DNA of 57,561 nt from a virus (lineage: Duplodnaviria; Caudoviricetes). Below, piece by piece: positions 42,835-53,400 of the stretch. The translations under genes and the position numbers were made by a program. Every line of letters begins with the position of its first letter. Positions within the stretch are counted from its first letter, which is position 1. The DNA is taken from IMG/VR virus record IMGVR_UViG_3300037697_000007, positions 1-57,561 of that record. One strand, written 5' to 3'. The notes under the pieces were generated by a model. It was not told the DNA's origin and did not search any database. It saw only the letters and a list, made by a program, of their open reading frames with translations.

Positions 42835-43871
42835 TGACAAACGAATACTACGACCACACAACGTACCCGAGCAACGGCGCTTCCGGAAGTTCGAGTGCGA
42901 TGCGATCAGAACTGAACAGCATCGAAGCGGGATTCGACAAGCTGCCGACGATGACCGGAAGCGGCGGCGAGGTTGTTGCGGTGAATTCGGGCGGAACTGC
43001 GCTGGAGGCAATCACCACGACCGGAACCGGAAGCGGGGTTAGGGCCACCTCTCCGACCCTGGTAACGCCGAACATCGGAACGCCATCGGCAGGGACGCTG
43101 ACCAACTGCACCGGGCTTCCGGTTTCTTCGGGGATGTCCGGACTCGGGACTGGCGTGGGGACTTTTCTTGCCGCCCCTTCCAGCGCAAATCTGGCCGCTG
43201 CCGTAACGGATGAGACGGGGACCGGCGCTTTGGTATTTGCCAGCAGCCCGACTCTTGTGACTCCTGCACTCGGCACCCCAGCAAGCGGCGACCTGCGAAA
43301 CTGCTCGATGGCAGTGGCTCCGGCCATCGGCGGAACGACGCCTGCTGCGGTCACTGCTACCGCCCTAAACGCATCATCTGGGAACGTGTTCCTTCAGCAA
43401 GGGACGGCGGTTGAATCCACCTCTGGAGCAGCGATTGACTACACGGGGCTTCCGTCGGGGGTTAAGGTAATCGTAATAAACATGGCCGGTATCAGCTTAA
43501 GCGGAACGAGTCCTTTTGCAATCGTAATAGGAGACTCTGGCGGGTTTGAGACTTCCGGATACGTTTCGACCTGTAATACGTTGAATTCTACGCCAGCGTG
43601 GACTATCACTACATCAACGGCAAAATTTCTAATATCTGGAACCATGACCGCAGTGAGTACATGGAGCGGAACTATCTATCTTCGGCTTGTAGATTCTGCA
43701 ACGAATCTGTGGAGCATCAGCGGAATATTTGCCAGAGACGGATCTACACCAGTCGCTTGGCCTATCGGATATAAGGCTCTTTCAGCTACGCTGGATAGGG
43801 TTCGTCTCACGACCGACGGCGGTGCTGACACCTTCGATGCCGGAACCGTAAATATTCAATACAAGCTATAA
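42834..43871 (+). CDS. Tail fibre
   Basis: ELNSIEAGFDKLP anchor, repeated SPTLVTP.GTP.G motif, distinct C-terminal domain. Confidence 0.75.
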   Translation: MTNEYYDHTTYPSNGASGSSSAMRSELNSIEAGFDKLPTMTGSGGEVVAVNSGGTALEAITTTGTGSGVRATSPTLVTPNIGTPSAGTLTNCTGLPVSSGMSGLGTGVGTFLAAPSSANLAAAVTDETGTGALVFASSPTLVTPALGTPASGDLRNCSMAVAPAIGGTTPAAVTATALNASSGNVFLQQGTAVESTSGAAIDYTGLPSGVKVIVINMAGISLSGTSPFAIVIGDSGGFETSGYVSTCNTLNSTPAWTITTSTAKFLISGTMTAVSTWSGTIYLRLVDSATNLWSISGIFARDGSTPVAWPIGYKALSATLDRVRLTTDGGADTFDAGTVNIQYKL

Positions 43872-43882
43872 CGGGGGCAATC

Positions 43883-44731
43883 ATGGCAATAACAGCAGCA
43901 GATTTAAGATCAACAGGGATGCCTGTAAACCCTACGTTGCCAAAAACTTCCGGTACCGGCGGACTTCTTGGAGGTGTTGCGCAGACTCTGCCAAACACAG
44001 GAACGCAAACTGTCGGTACTGCGGCACTTCCGAAATCTGCAACAAAGGTAAATACTGCACAGGCAAATATCCCGGGAATGCCGGCGGCGGCTACATATGA
44101 CCCGAGACAGATCGCAATAAACGAGCCGACAGAAACTGTCCAAGGTCAGATTCAAGGAATCATCAATGCGAATAGTCCGCTGATGCAGCAAGCCGAGACG
44201 CGGGCAAAGCAATCGATGGCACCACGCGGATTGCTGAACAGCAGTATGGCAGTAGGAGCTGCGCAAGGCGCAGTTCTTGATGCAGCCATGCCTATCGCGC
44301 AGACAGATGCCGGAGCATACCGCGCCGCCGACCTCGCCAATGCCGACATGGCTAACCAGGCCAACCAGTTCGGCGCGCAGCAGACTAACGCGATGGCGAC
44401 AGCAGGAACGCAACTCGCTACGGATACTGCGAAGTTCAATGCGCAACAGCAGAATCAAGCGATCATCAACCAGCTTGATGCAGCGAATAAGATTCAGCTT
44501 GCAGACATTCAGGCAACGTACCAAAACGAGATGCAGGCCAACTCCAGCGCGAGCCAGTTGTTCAATCAAACGATGGCCGCAATCAGCAATATCCAGCAAA
44601 GCACAACGATGGATGCGGCGACAAAGAAAGCATCGACTGATCAGATGATTTCATTGTTGAAATCTGGGATGACGCTTCAGGGCTCGATTGCCAACTTGAA
44701 TCTGTCTGGCGTACTCAATTTCAAGGTGTAA
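43883..44731 (+). CDS. Internal virion/ejection protein
   Basis: Gln/Ala-rich; RGLLNSSMA...A.PIAQ.DA. Confidence 0.65.
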   Translation: MAITAADLRSTGMPVNPTLPKTSGTGGLLGGVAQTLPNTGTQTVGTAALPKSATKVNTAQANIPGMPAAATYDPRQIAINEPTETVQGQIQGIINANSPLMQQAETRAKQSMAPRGLLNSSMAVGAAQGAVLDAAMPIAQTDAGAYRAADLANADMANQANQFGAQQTNAMATAGTQLATDTAKFNAQQQNQAIINQLDAANKIQLADIQATYQNEMQANSSASQLFNQTMAAISNIQQSTTMDAATKKASTDQMISLLKSGMTLQGSIANLNLSGVLNFKV

Positions 44732-44733
44732 CC

Positions 44734-45249
44734 ATGAACGACATGATGCAAATTCCGCAATCTGGTGAGCGCCAGCAATGGCTGATTGACCTGATGGCCG
44801 CGCCGCAAGGTGCGGTCGAGGGTTCGTTCGGAGAATCCGACACCTTGGACGAGTTGATGGCGCAATACGAAAGCTGCCACATCGAGCCGATCCGCGACAA
44901 GATATTGCGCATGGAGGACTTTCTGCTGACGCAGCCGCAGGCCGAAATACCGCTTAACCACTACATCAACAACGGCATCTATTACCGCGAGATCACCATC
45001 CCGGCAGGCGCGTTCTGCACCGGATCGATCTACAGCGAGGCGCACATCCATTTCCTGATCCGTGGCGACATGACGGTATTGACCGAGGACGGGGTGAAGA
45101 GAGTAAAAGGGCCATGTACCTTCGTTTCTCCACCCGGCATGAAGCGCGCCGGATACGCGCATGATGAAACAGTATGGGCGGCGGTGTTCAGGACGGACGA
45201 GACTGACCCGGACAAGGCATTTGAGGCAATCGAGAAGAGAGCGAGGTAA
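44734..45249 (+). CDS. Cupin-like protein
   Basis: H...GIYYREITIPAG...H...F.S.PG.KR...AH.ETVW. Confidence 0.7.
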   Translation: MNDMMQIPQSGERQQWLIDLMAAPQGAVEGSFGESDTLDELMAQYESCHIEPIRDKILRMEDFLLTQPQAEIPLNHYINNGIYYREITIPAGAFCTGSIYSEAHIHFLIRGDMTVLTEDGVKRVKGPCTFVSPPGMKRAGYAHDETVWAAVFRTDETDPDKAFEAIEKRAR

Positions 45250-45252
45250 GGC

Positions 45253-46107
45253 ATGAACAACATGAAACGCAAGATGGCCGGTCATAAGTATGAGGTCAGC
45301 CTGATCGCCGCTGCCGTAGGGTTCTCTGCCACTGCAGCAGCAGTTGCTACGGTAGGGGCTGGAATAATGGCTGCGGGGTCGGTGCTGGGCATCAAAGAAG
45401 CCAAACCAATCGGCGGCCTGATGATGGCAGGCGGCGGTATCGCTTCTGGATTGGGAGGGCTGGGCATGGTTGGCGGCGTTGCTGGCGCGACATCCGCGCT
45501 TGGAACACTGTCGGCTGGCGCATCTCTGGTTGGTGGCGCACTACAAGGGGCGGGAATCCTCACCGGGAACGACAAACTAGCCGGCATCGGCGGATTAATC
45601 AACGGTGCCGGGATGATCGGTAGTTCAATGTCGAATGCGCCGACGGGCGGCGCAAGCCAAGGCGGTGCTTCTGGCGGAAGCGCATCGGCTGGAGCTGATC
45701 CGAACTGGAATCCTGATTATGGACTTTCAACGGCTAGCAATGCCCCATCGTCTGGCGTAGGCGGAATCAAGGTTGCTGGCGCTAATGCAAGTATACCCGC
45801 TGCGGCAGTCCCGAGCGGGACTCCGAGCTTGATCGACCGCATCGGAAAGTACGACAACTATATCAAGATGGCCGGCGACTTCGCTACCGGCATGGCGAAC
45901 AGCAAGTCAGAGAACGACAAGCTGGCGCAGCAGAATGCGCAGTTCCAGCAGGAAATTGAATTGCTAAATCGGCGAAGTACCGCCGTCGCCATTCCGGGCG
46001 CATTGCCTGTCAGCCCGGGATCGCCGCAGGCAGTTTCGCCGATCACGCCGAACCGAAGCACTGGCCTGCTGAATACCACTTCGCAACAAGTTCCTGGAGT
46101 CGCATAA
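45253..46107 (+). CDS. Gly/Ala-rich ejection (internal core) protein
   Basis: Hydrophobic Gly-zipper N-terminus. Confidence 0.65.
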   Translation: MNNMKRKMAGHKYEVSLIAAAVGFSATAAAVATVGAGIMAAGSVLGIKEAKPIGGLMMAGGGIASGLGGLGMVGGVAGATSALGTLSAGASLVGGALQGAGILTGNDKLAGIGGLINGAGMIGSSMSNAPTGGASQGGASGGSASAGADPNWNPDYGLSTASNAPSSGVGGIKVAGANASIPAAAVPSGTPSLIDRIGKYDNYIKMAGDFATGMANSKSENDKLAQQNAQFQQEIELLNRRSTAVAIPGALPVSPGSPQAVSPITPNRSTGLLNTTSQQVPGVA

Positions 46108-46670
46108 TGAACCCACAAGACACGAAAGAACAACCGAAAGGCAAACTGTCAATCACCGCAGAACACGCCAAGCAGAGCTTGTTCCAGAACCTCGGAGAAG
46201 AAGAGAAGATCATCATCGGCAGGGTAATCTACGCCGGCATGAAGATGCTGTTCACCAAGGAGATGAACGACCGCGTCGTAGAGGGAATCCAGCGGCAGGA
46301 CGGTATGACGCCGGAGGACAAGCTTGGGATCGGCGTCGGGCATACGCTAATCATGCTCTACAACGAGAGCAAGGGAACCATGCCAATCGGCGCACTGCTG
46401 CCAGCAGGTTATGTGCTGCTGGCGAAGATGTGCGAGTTCGTCAACGCAACTGGCGTGGCGAGACCGGTCACGGACGATGATTTCGGCGAGGCGTTGCAGA
46501 TGATGAACGCCGTCATCAACCGCACATTCAACCCGGAATTCAATGGCGATCTGGCCGAACAAGGCAAGATGGCATTGCAGCAAGGTCAACAGACCGAACA
46601 AGCCGCACAACCTACTTCGCAACCTGTACAATCTGCCCAACCGTCAGGTCTGCTGGCGCAAGGAGCTTAA
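46107..46670 (+). CDS. Hypothetical virion-associated protein
   Basis: AGMKMLF...; position in the core-protein cluster. Confidence 0.65.
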   Translation: MNPQDTKEQPKGKLSITAEHAKQSLFQNLGEEEKIIIGRVIYAGMKMLFTKEMNDRVVEGIQRQDGMTPEDKLGIGVGHTLIMLYNESKGTMPIGALLPAGYVLLAKMCEFVNATGVARPVTDDDFGEALQMMNAVINRTFNPEFNGDLAEQGKMALQQGQQTEQAAQPTSQPVQSAQPSGLLAQGA

Positions 46671-46673
46671 ATC

Positions 46674-47447
46674 ATGGCATTCAATCCTATTGCTGGCGGA
46701 TTGCTGAACGTCGTCTCCGGACAAGGAAAGGCGGCGGAGCAGCGTATGGAAACCGCATCCAAGGAAGATTCCGCAAAGCGCCTGTTAGACATGGAGATGG
46801 AAGTCAAGTCTGACTACGAGGCACGCATCCACGAGCGCACCAGAGGCGAGCAGATGCAGGACTACGAGCGTGACAAAGCTGACAAGATCGCGGCAGAAGA
46901 TCGTGCATACGGTCGCGAAAAGGGGCTGATCGGGATGCGCAGCAATGACCCCGAAAAGTCGAAGCGCGAAGCATGGACGAATAAGATTCTGCAAACAACT
47001 GAAGGAACGCCTGAATATTCTGCCCTTGAGAAGGAGGGCAGGCTGCGCGGATATCTGAAGTCGAGTGATAGCTTTGCGGAACAAACCGATTACACCTACG
47101 ACGACATGGGGAACAAAGTCTCGGAAGTGAAGACGAAGGTTCCTGTCGGCGGTTCGGGGCAGCGGGATGCGGAGTTGCAGGATGTGACTGTCAACGGGAA
47201 GTTGATTGGCCATGCAGCGACTGGCGAAGAGGCGCAAGCGATGGTTGCGCAATATCGGCAATCATTGGTAAAAACGCCGGATGCGGCAAAGCCAGCGCCG
47301 AATCCAACAGCGCGAGATATTGCCGTGCGTAACCAGTTCGGGCAGATAGACATTGCGGAATCGAAGGCCAAGGTTGTTGAACTATACGGAGACAATCCGG
47401 CGATCAAGTCAAAGTTGTTTGCTGAACTAGACGCGATGCGTCGTTAA
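46674..47447 (+). CDS. Putative ejection protein
   Basis: AAGGAG RBS; charged coiled coil. Confidence 0.6.
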   Translation: MAFNPIAGGLLNVVSGQGKAAEQRMETASKEDSAKRLLDMEMEVKSDYEARIHERTRGEQMQDYERDKADKIAAEDRAYGREKGLIGMRSNDPEKSKREAWTNKILQTTEGTPEYSALEKEGRLRGYLKSSDSFAEQTDYTYDDMGNKVSEVKTKVPVGGSGQRDAELQDVTVNGKLIGHAATGEEAQAMVAQYRQSLVKTPDAAKPAPNPTARDIAVRNQFGQIDIAESKAKVVELYGDNPAIKSKLFAELDAMRR

Positions 47448-47459
47448 ATCGGGGATTTT

Positions 47460-50400
47460 ATGGCATTCAATTTTGACGCGAGCGGCAACCAGATTGACGT
47501 GTCTGCCGGGTTTCATTTCGATGAAGACGGGAATCAGCTAACCGAGCAGCCGAAGTCTTCAGGTCTGATTGGCGGGTCAATCGATGCGCTCAAGTCCGGC
47601 TTCGGCAGCATGTCACGTTCAGCGCAAGCGACCGGATCGGCACTCTCCGGGAATAACGCCAACATTGAAGCATTGGCTGCAGAATCTGAAATTGCCAATA
47701 AGCAGCGACCGATTGAGGCACAGCAGTTCACAGAGTCCGTGCAGCGCAATACCGCAGAGTCGATGGCGGATGATAGAAAAGTCGGATGGCTTGAGGCTAT
47801 CGGTGATGTGGCTGCGGCGGCATGGGAGAACAAGACTGGCGCGGTACAGTCTATTGTCGAGCAGTTACCGAACGCCGTACCTGTGCTTGCGGCAGGATGG
47901 GCTGGGGCGAAAGCCGGTGCAGTTGGTGGCGGTGCGGCTGGTACGATGGTTGCACCAGGCGCGGGAACAGCAATCGGCGCAGGTATCGGCGGCGTTGTTG
48001 GCGCATTCTCCGGTATGTTTCTCGGCAATGCAATGCTTGAAACCGGCGCGAAGGCGATAGAGAAAGCCGAAGGCGGGCTGACCGATGTTGAGCGCGGCGA
48101 GGCTATCAGCGAGGGCGCAACCAAGGGCTCAGTGATTGCCGGGATCGATCTGTTAACGCTAGGTATCGGCGGAAAGCTGATGCAGTCTGTCGGCAAGGCT
48201 GCAACCAAGGCCGGTGCGATGGCGGAAGCGGAGGTCATCGCCAAGGCCGGAATCGACATCAGCAGCCCGGTAATTGTAGCCAAGGCATTAGCAGCAGACC
48301 CGGCATTGAAGGCGGCAGCTTCGGCAGCGGGCAATGCCGCAGCGCGCGCCACGATCACCACCTCGCAGAAAGCGGCGATGGCCGGCGGCGGGCTGGCGCT
48401 TGAGTCAGTCGGTGAGACAGCCGGCGAATACTTGGGTGAGATGGCCGCAACCGGCGAAGGTAACGTGACCGATGCCGTGCTGGAAGGCATGTTGAGCTTG
48501 GGCCAGTCCAGCATCGAGACGGCGTACAACTATGGGCGCGTCGGCAACAATCTTGATGCCAGCAATATCGCCAAGACGGGGCTGATATTCAAATCTCCAG
48601 AAAAGCCGCTTGCGCTTGGATATAATCAAGCAGCCGACGCATTCGGATCAAACGCGATTGTCTTCCCCGATGGTTCTGTCGCAACCAGCCAGAATCAGGT
48701 AGACGACTACCTGAACAGCCTTCCTGAAAATGAACGCATAGCTGCACGGGCATCATTATTCGGCTACGCGCAACAGCCAAAAACCCCGGAGCAAATCACC
48801 GCCGAAGTCATTTCCAAGCCCACCCTGGATGAAGCCATCAAAGCATCCAGCGACTTGCTGAATGATCCGATTCTTGACGATGCGGTGCAACGCGAGTTCG
48901 GTTCGCTGACCGAAACTCAGTCCCAGCGCGACATCGGCGCACTATCCCAAGGCGAGACCGGGTTCGGCGCAGTCTCCGAGCTGGCCGACCTTGCCGCACA
49001 AGAGCGCGCGGATGTTGAACAACGTCGTTCTGCCATCGCAGAACAGCAAGCCGAGTCTGGCGCATTGCGCATGGAATCCGAACTGGAAACCACCGATGCG
49101 CGCGTCACTGGTGCCGCCGCAGCACAAACACGCCAGAGCCGCCTTGCCGCACTGGATAGCATCTATGCCAACCCGGACGAGCGCACTCCCGGAATGTCGT
49201 TTCTGGCGCATCTGGAAGCCAACTATCCGCGCAACCCGCTACCGACACCGGAAGAGAAGCGCATCATCGCCCAGCGCGAACAGGCGTTTCAGGCGTTCAA
49301 GGCCATGCCGGAAAGCCAGCCAGAGACGCTTGGCGTTCCCGCGCTTGAGGAGAAAGCGCAGAACGGAGAGCGCCCGCTTGAAGCGAAGATCGCCCAATTG
49401 AATGAATATCTGGCGAACGGCTACAAGCCGATTGCCGGCGGCAAGATGCTGGCGAACGAGAAGGGTAAGAAGCTGATCCTGACGAAAGCGCAGCGAGAAT
49501 ACCTTGCAAACATGCCATCCGCGCAGCAATCTCAGGAGAGTGGCATTCCTGACCAAACGGCTGCGCAGCCTATTCAAGCGGAGGCCGCTAATGGCACAAC
49601 TGCTGCACCTATGGATGCCGGAGTGGATCGAGCAACCGCTGCAAGCCCAAGTGCTGACACCGCAGGAAGCGCAGCAAATGGCGTTCTTCGACCTGAGACT
49701 GTCGCAGCAGCCGGACGGGATGGATTGCCCAGATCACCTGTGGCAACTGATGCAGCGAGTGGACTTGTACCGGCACCAGATCGGGCCGATGCAGTAGCAA
49801 AATGGCTAGACAATGCAGCCCAGAAACTAGAGCAAGAGTCTTGGGGGCAGGACGTACTGGATACCATGCAGGAAAATGGGGAATCTCCGCAGGCTGTGGC
49901 AGAATCATTCTGGGCTGAAACCTATCCCGCCATGCCGGAGCAAGGCCAGAAGTTATTCAAGCGCCTTTACAAAAAGAATACAGGGCAATCATTGCAAGAC
50001 GGAGATAATCCTCTGGATATGATTGACCTTGGCGATACGGCGGAAAACTTGGAAGGGACGGAGCGCGGTTTTGTTGCGCTGATGCGCGAGGCAAACAGCC
50101 AATTTGGGCGCGGAAGGCTTGAGAAAGGAATTGTTGTTGATGGCGATGTTGTCGCCAAGCAACTGCCAAAATCCGCAGAAAATCCGCAAAAAGTCGAGTT
50201 AGACGCGACTACCTCGCCGACTACCTCGCCCAGCAAGAAGCCGTTCACCTGGCAAATGCCAAAGGCCGAGTTTGTCGCCCAGAAAGTCGCGGAAGGATTG
50301 TCGGAAGAGACGGCTGCGCGTGGGCACGAGAATGCGGTAAAGCTGGCGCTCAAGATGAAGAAGGACGTGCCGGCCAAGGTGCTGGCGGACTACCAAGGAG

Positions 50401-53400
50401 CAGGCGACGTTGCGCCACCGGCTGACGCTGATGCAATCGGTGCGGCTGTATTGCCTGTTGTTCAACAGGTCGGATCGCAGCCAACACAGTCGGATGGCGC
50501 GGTAGATGGAAGTTCGGTAGCAGAATTAACGCCAGCCGCGAACTGGAAGCAAACCGCGCAAGACATCATCAGCAAGGATGTGTTTCGCGATACGGTTGCA
50601 AAATCAATTCAGAACGACGGGCAGAAAGTCCTCGACGCGATATTTAACAATGACCTCGCCGCGCTGGTCGGGATCAATGCGAAATATGGACAAGAGGCTG
50701 GCCGTAACCAAGGAGGCGGCGGAGCAGGGCCAGGGAAAGTAAAACAGGCAAGGCGCGGTGTCGAGCCTGTATTCAATGCCGCCATGATTGCCATGCAAGG
50801 AATGAAGGCAGAGCGCTCCGCAAGCGTCAAGGCAGAAACGTCAAGCACGCAAGCCGGAAACGTAAAGCCGGAAGCGCAGGCGACCGAGCAAAGCAAGCAA
50901 TCCGCCATCGAGTCAGTCAAGGCCGACACCGAGCTTTCCAAGGCCGACAAGCTGAACACGATTAAGGCGCTCAACAACGGCGACATTTCGCCTGAGGATG
51001 TGGCGGATGTGGTGGGGAAGGCTGCGCCTATTGAAGCTGATGATGCGGCGCAGTCCGAACAGTCACAGGAGCGTCAGCTTGACGCGAAAGAACCAGAAGC
51101 GCAATATGATGCGTATGACACACTTGAAACTCGCCCAGAAACCAAGCCGGAGCAACTTGAAGCCGGACGGTCATCTCTTGCGGATGTCGAGAGACGCATC
51201 TTCGGGGTCAATCGTTCTTCGTTGCGAGGTTCAGCGGCCATACTTGGCAGTAATATCCCGTCCGACTTCCGCGAAAAAGGCTACACCTCACTCGTAGGGC
51301 AAAATGTTGAAAGCTCGCACGACCTAGCTATGATTTCGCAGGTCTTGCGAGATCCGCGATTCGAAACATTCCGCGTTTTTTTCGTCAAGGACAATAAGAT
51401 CGTCGGCGAACGCGCTTACACATCGAGGCTTGCCGCATCGGTAAGCATTCCGCGAGACCTTCACGAACACATCAGCGCCGACATGGGGCGCACTGGAGCG
51501 AATGGATACTGGTTACTGCATAACCACCCCGCCGGATTTGCCAAAGCGTCATCGTCGGATATTAACTTGACTGAGATGCTGGCGACCAATGCAAGCGGGA
51601 TGCTTGGTCACGTTATCATCGATCACAACGAATACAATTCGATCACCATAAAGTCCGGGCTGTACGGCCCGGAAGCCAAACAGGAAATCATCAAGGCGGA
51701 TTTGGGCGCGATGTCCGTATCGCCGGAAGTTCCGCACCCCACACTTGGCGCAACCATAACCAAGCCAGCAGACTTTGCCGCTATCGCACGACAACTCCAA
51801 AGGGATGGGGTGTATTCGTCAATCATCGGAACGGGCGGCGAGGCTGGTGCTGTAACGATGATACTTGACGTGCCAGATATGGCAAGCCGCAAAGGTGTTG
51901 ACAAGCTACGCGCAGGGGCCGCAATACGCCGCGCCGCAAGGGAAACGCATTCAGGAAGATTGTTTGCCGTTGTGCCGGGGGAATTGAGCCAGTACGCACA
52001 CCTGATGGATGCCGGATTATTTACCGACATTATCAGCCAATCAACCGGACAATCCGCCGCAGAACTTGGAATGCTTGGACGGGCAAGCCACGGCACGGCA
52101 GCGGAGAGGCGCGGAATGCTTGCGTATGTTGCGGAGCCGACTTCGCCTGATTACAGGCAGACCATCGAATCCAAGGAAACAGACCAAGGAACCGCGCTGT
52201 ACTCGTTCGCCGGGCAGAATGCGCAGACCGCAGACAAGATGGCTTTGTCCGCCGCGCAAGACCGCCTGAACGCGGGCGAGAATGCAGAGACGGTGCGCAA
52301 GGAAACCGGCTGGAGCAAAGGCGCGGATGGAAAGTGGAGGTTCGAGATCGACGACAGCGGCGCGAAGCTGCATAAGCCGTGGCCGAGCAAAGGCCAGTTG
52401 TTCGGCGACATTCTGAACGACATGCGCAAGCGCCGGTTCGCCGAGACTGGCAGCTTGAGCTTCACGGTTGGCGATGTACTCGACCATCCGGCACTGTTCG
52501 CTGCATATCCTGAGCTTGCGAATATCTCACTGACAGACCAGAAAGAGTCCGGCGCAAGCTACTCGCCAAAAGGAAGCGACCCGGCAACGATCCGCATCAG
52601 CAAAGATACGGCGATGTCGGATGTCGTCTCGAAAATATTGCATGAAGTGCAGCACGTAATCCAGCGCGGCGAGGGTTTCGCAACTGGAGGAACCGTAGAA
52701 TCGGCAAGGAAAATAAAAGCTGAAATCCTGAAATCAGATTTGGCAAAAATCAACGACGAGATCATTTCCAACGGGGAGAAGCGCGGAAAGCTAAATGGGC
52801 GCGCATGGGATGAGAATGTGGCGCGGCACCTCGAGCTTGTATCAAAGCGCGATGCGCTGGATGAAGAGTACCAAATCCTGAAAACTGACATGGCCCCAGC
52901 CGCACGAGCCTATCAGCGCCTTGCCGGTGAAGTCGAAGCGCGCAATACCCAATCGCGCCAGCGCATGACCGCCGACGAGCGCCGCACTGTCTCGCCGGAA
53001 TCGACCGCGGATGTCCGCGCGGAAGACGTAATCGTGGTGTTCAACGGAAAGGAGATGAACAACGCACCTATCCCGGCGAATGCGATTCAGGCCGACGAAC
53101 GACGCACCCCACCCCCCGACGCGCACTCTGTCGCATCCGCCCAATCCGCCCTCCTATCCGCGCACAGCGGCAAGATTCATGGCGCGCTCAAGGCGATGTT
53201 CGACGCGGGCAAGGCGAGCTCGATCACTGCTGCTCAGGCGGCGAATATCGTGGGCGAGGATGCGCTGTATTCGCGCGAAGAATACTTCAAGCGAGCAGAT
53301 CAGATTGAACGCGCACTGCAATCGATGGGATTGCGCGTAGATAGAGAAAAATCAAATGTTTCGGTATCAACGTATATCTATGCATATGCGCCAGAAGGTT

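Noticed and set aside
42834-43871. Diversity-generating retroelement acting on the tail fibre
   Set aside because: No reverse transcriptase and no template/variable repeat pair seen.
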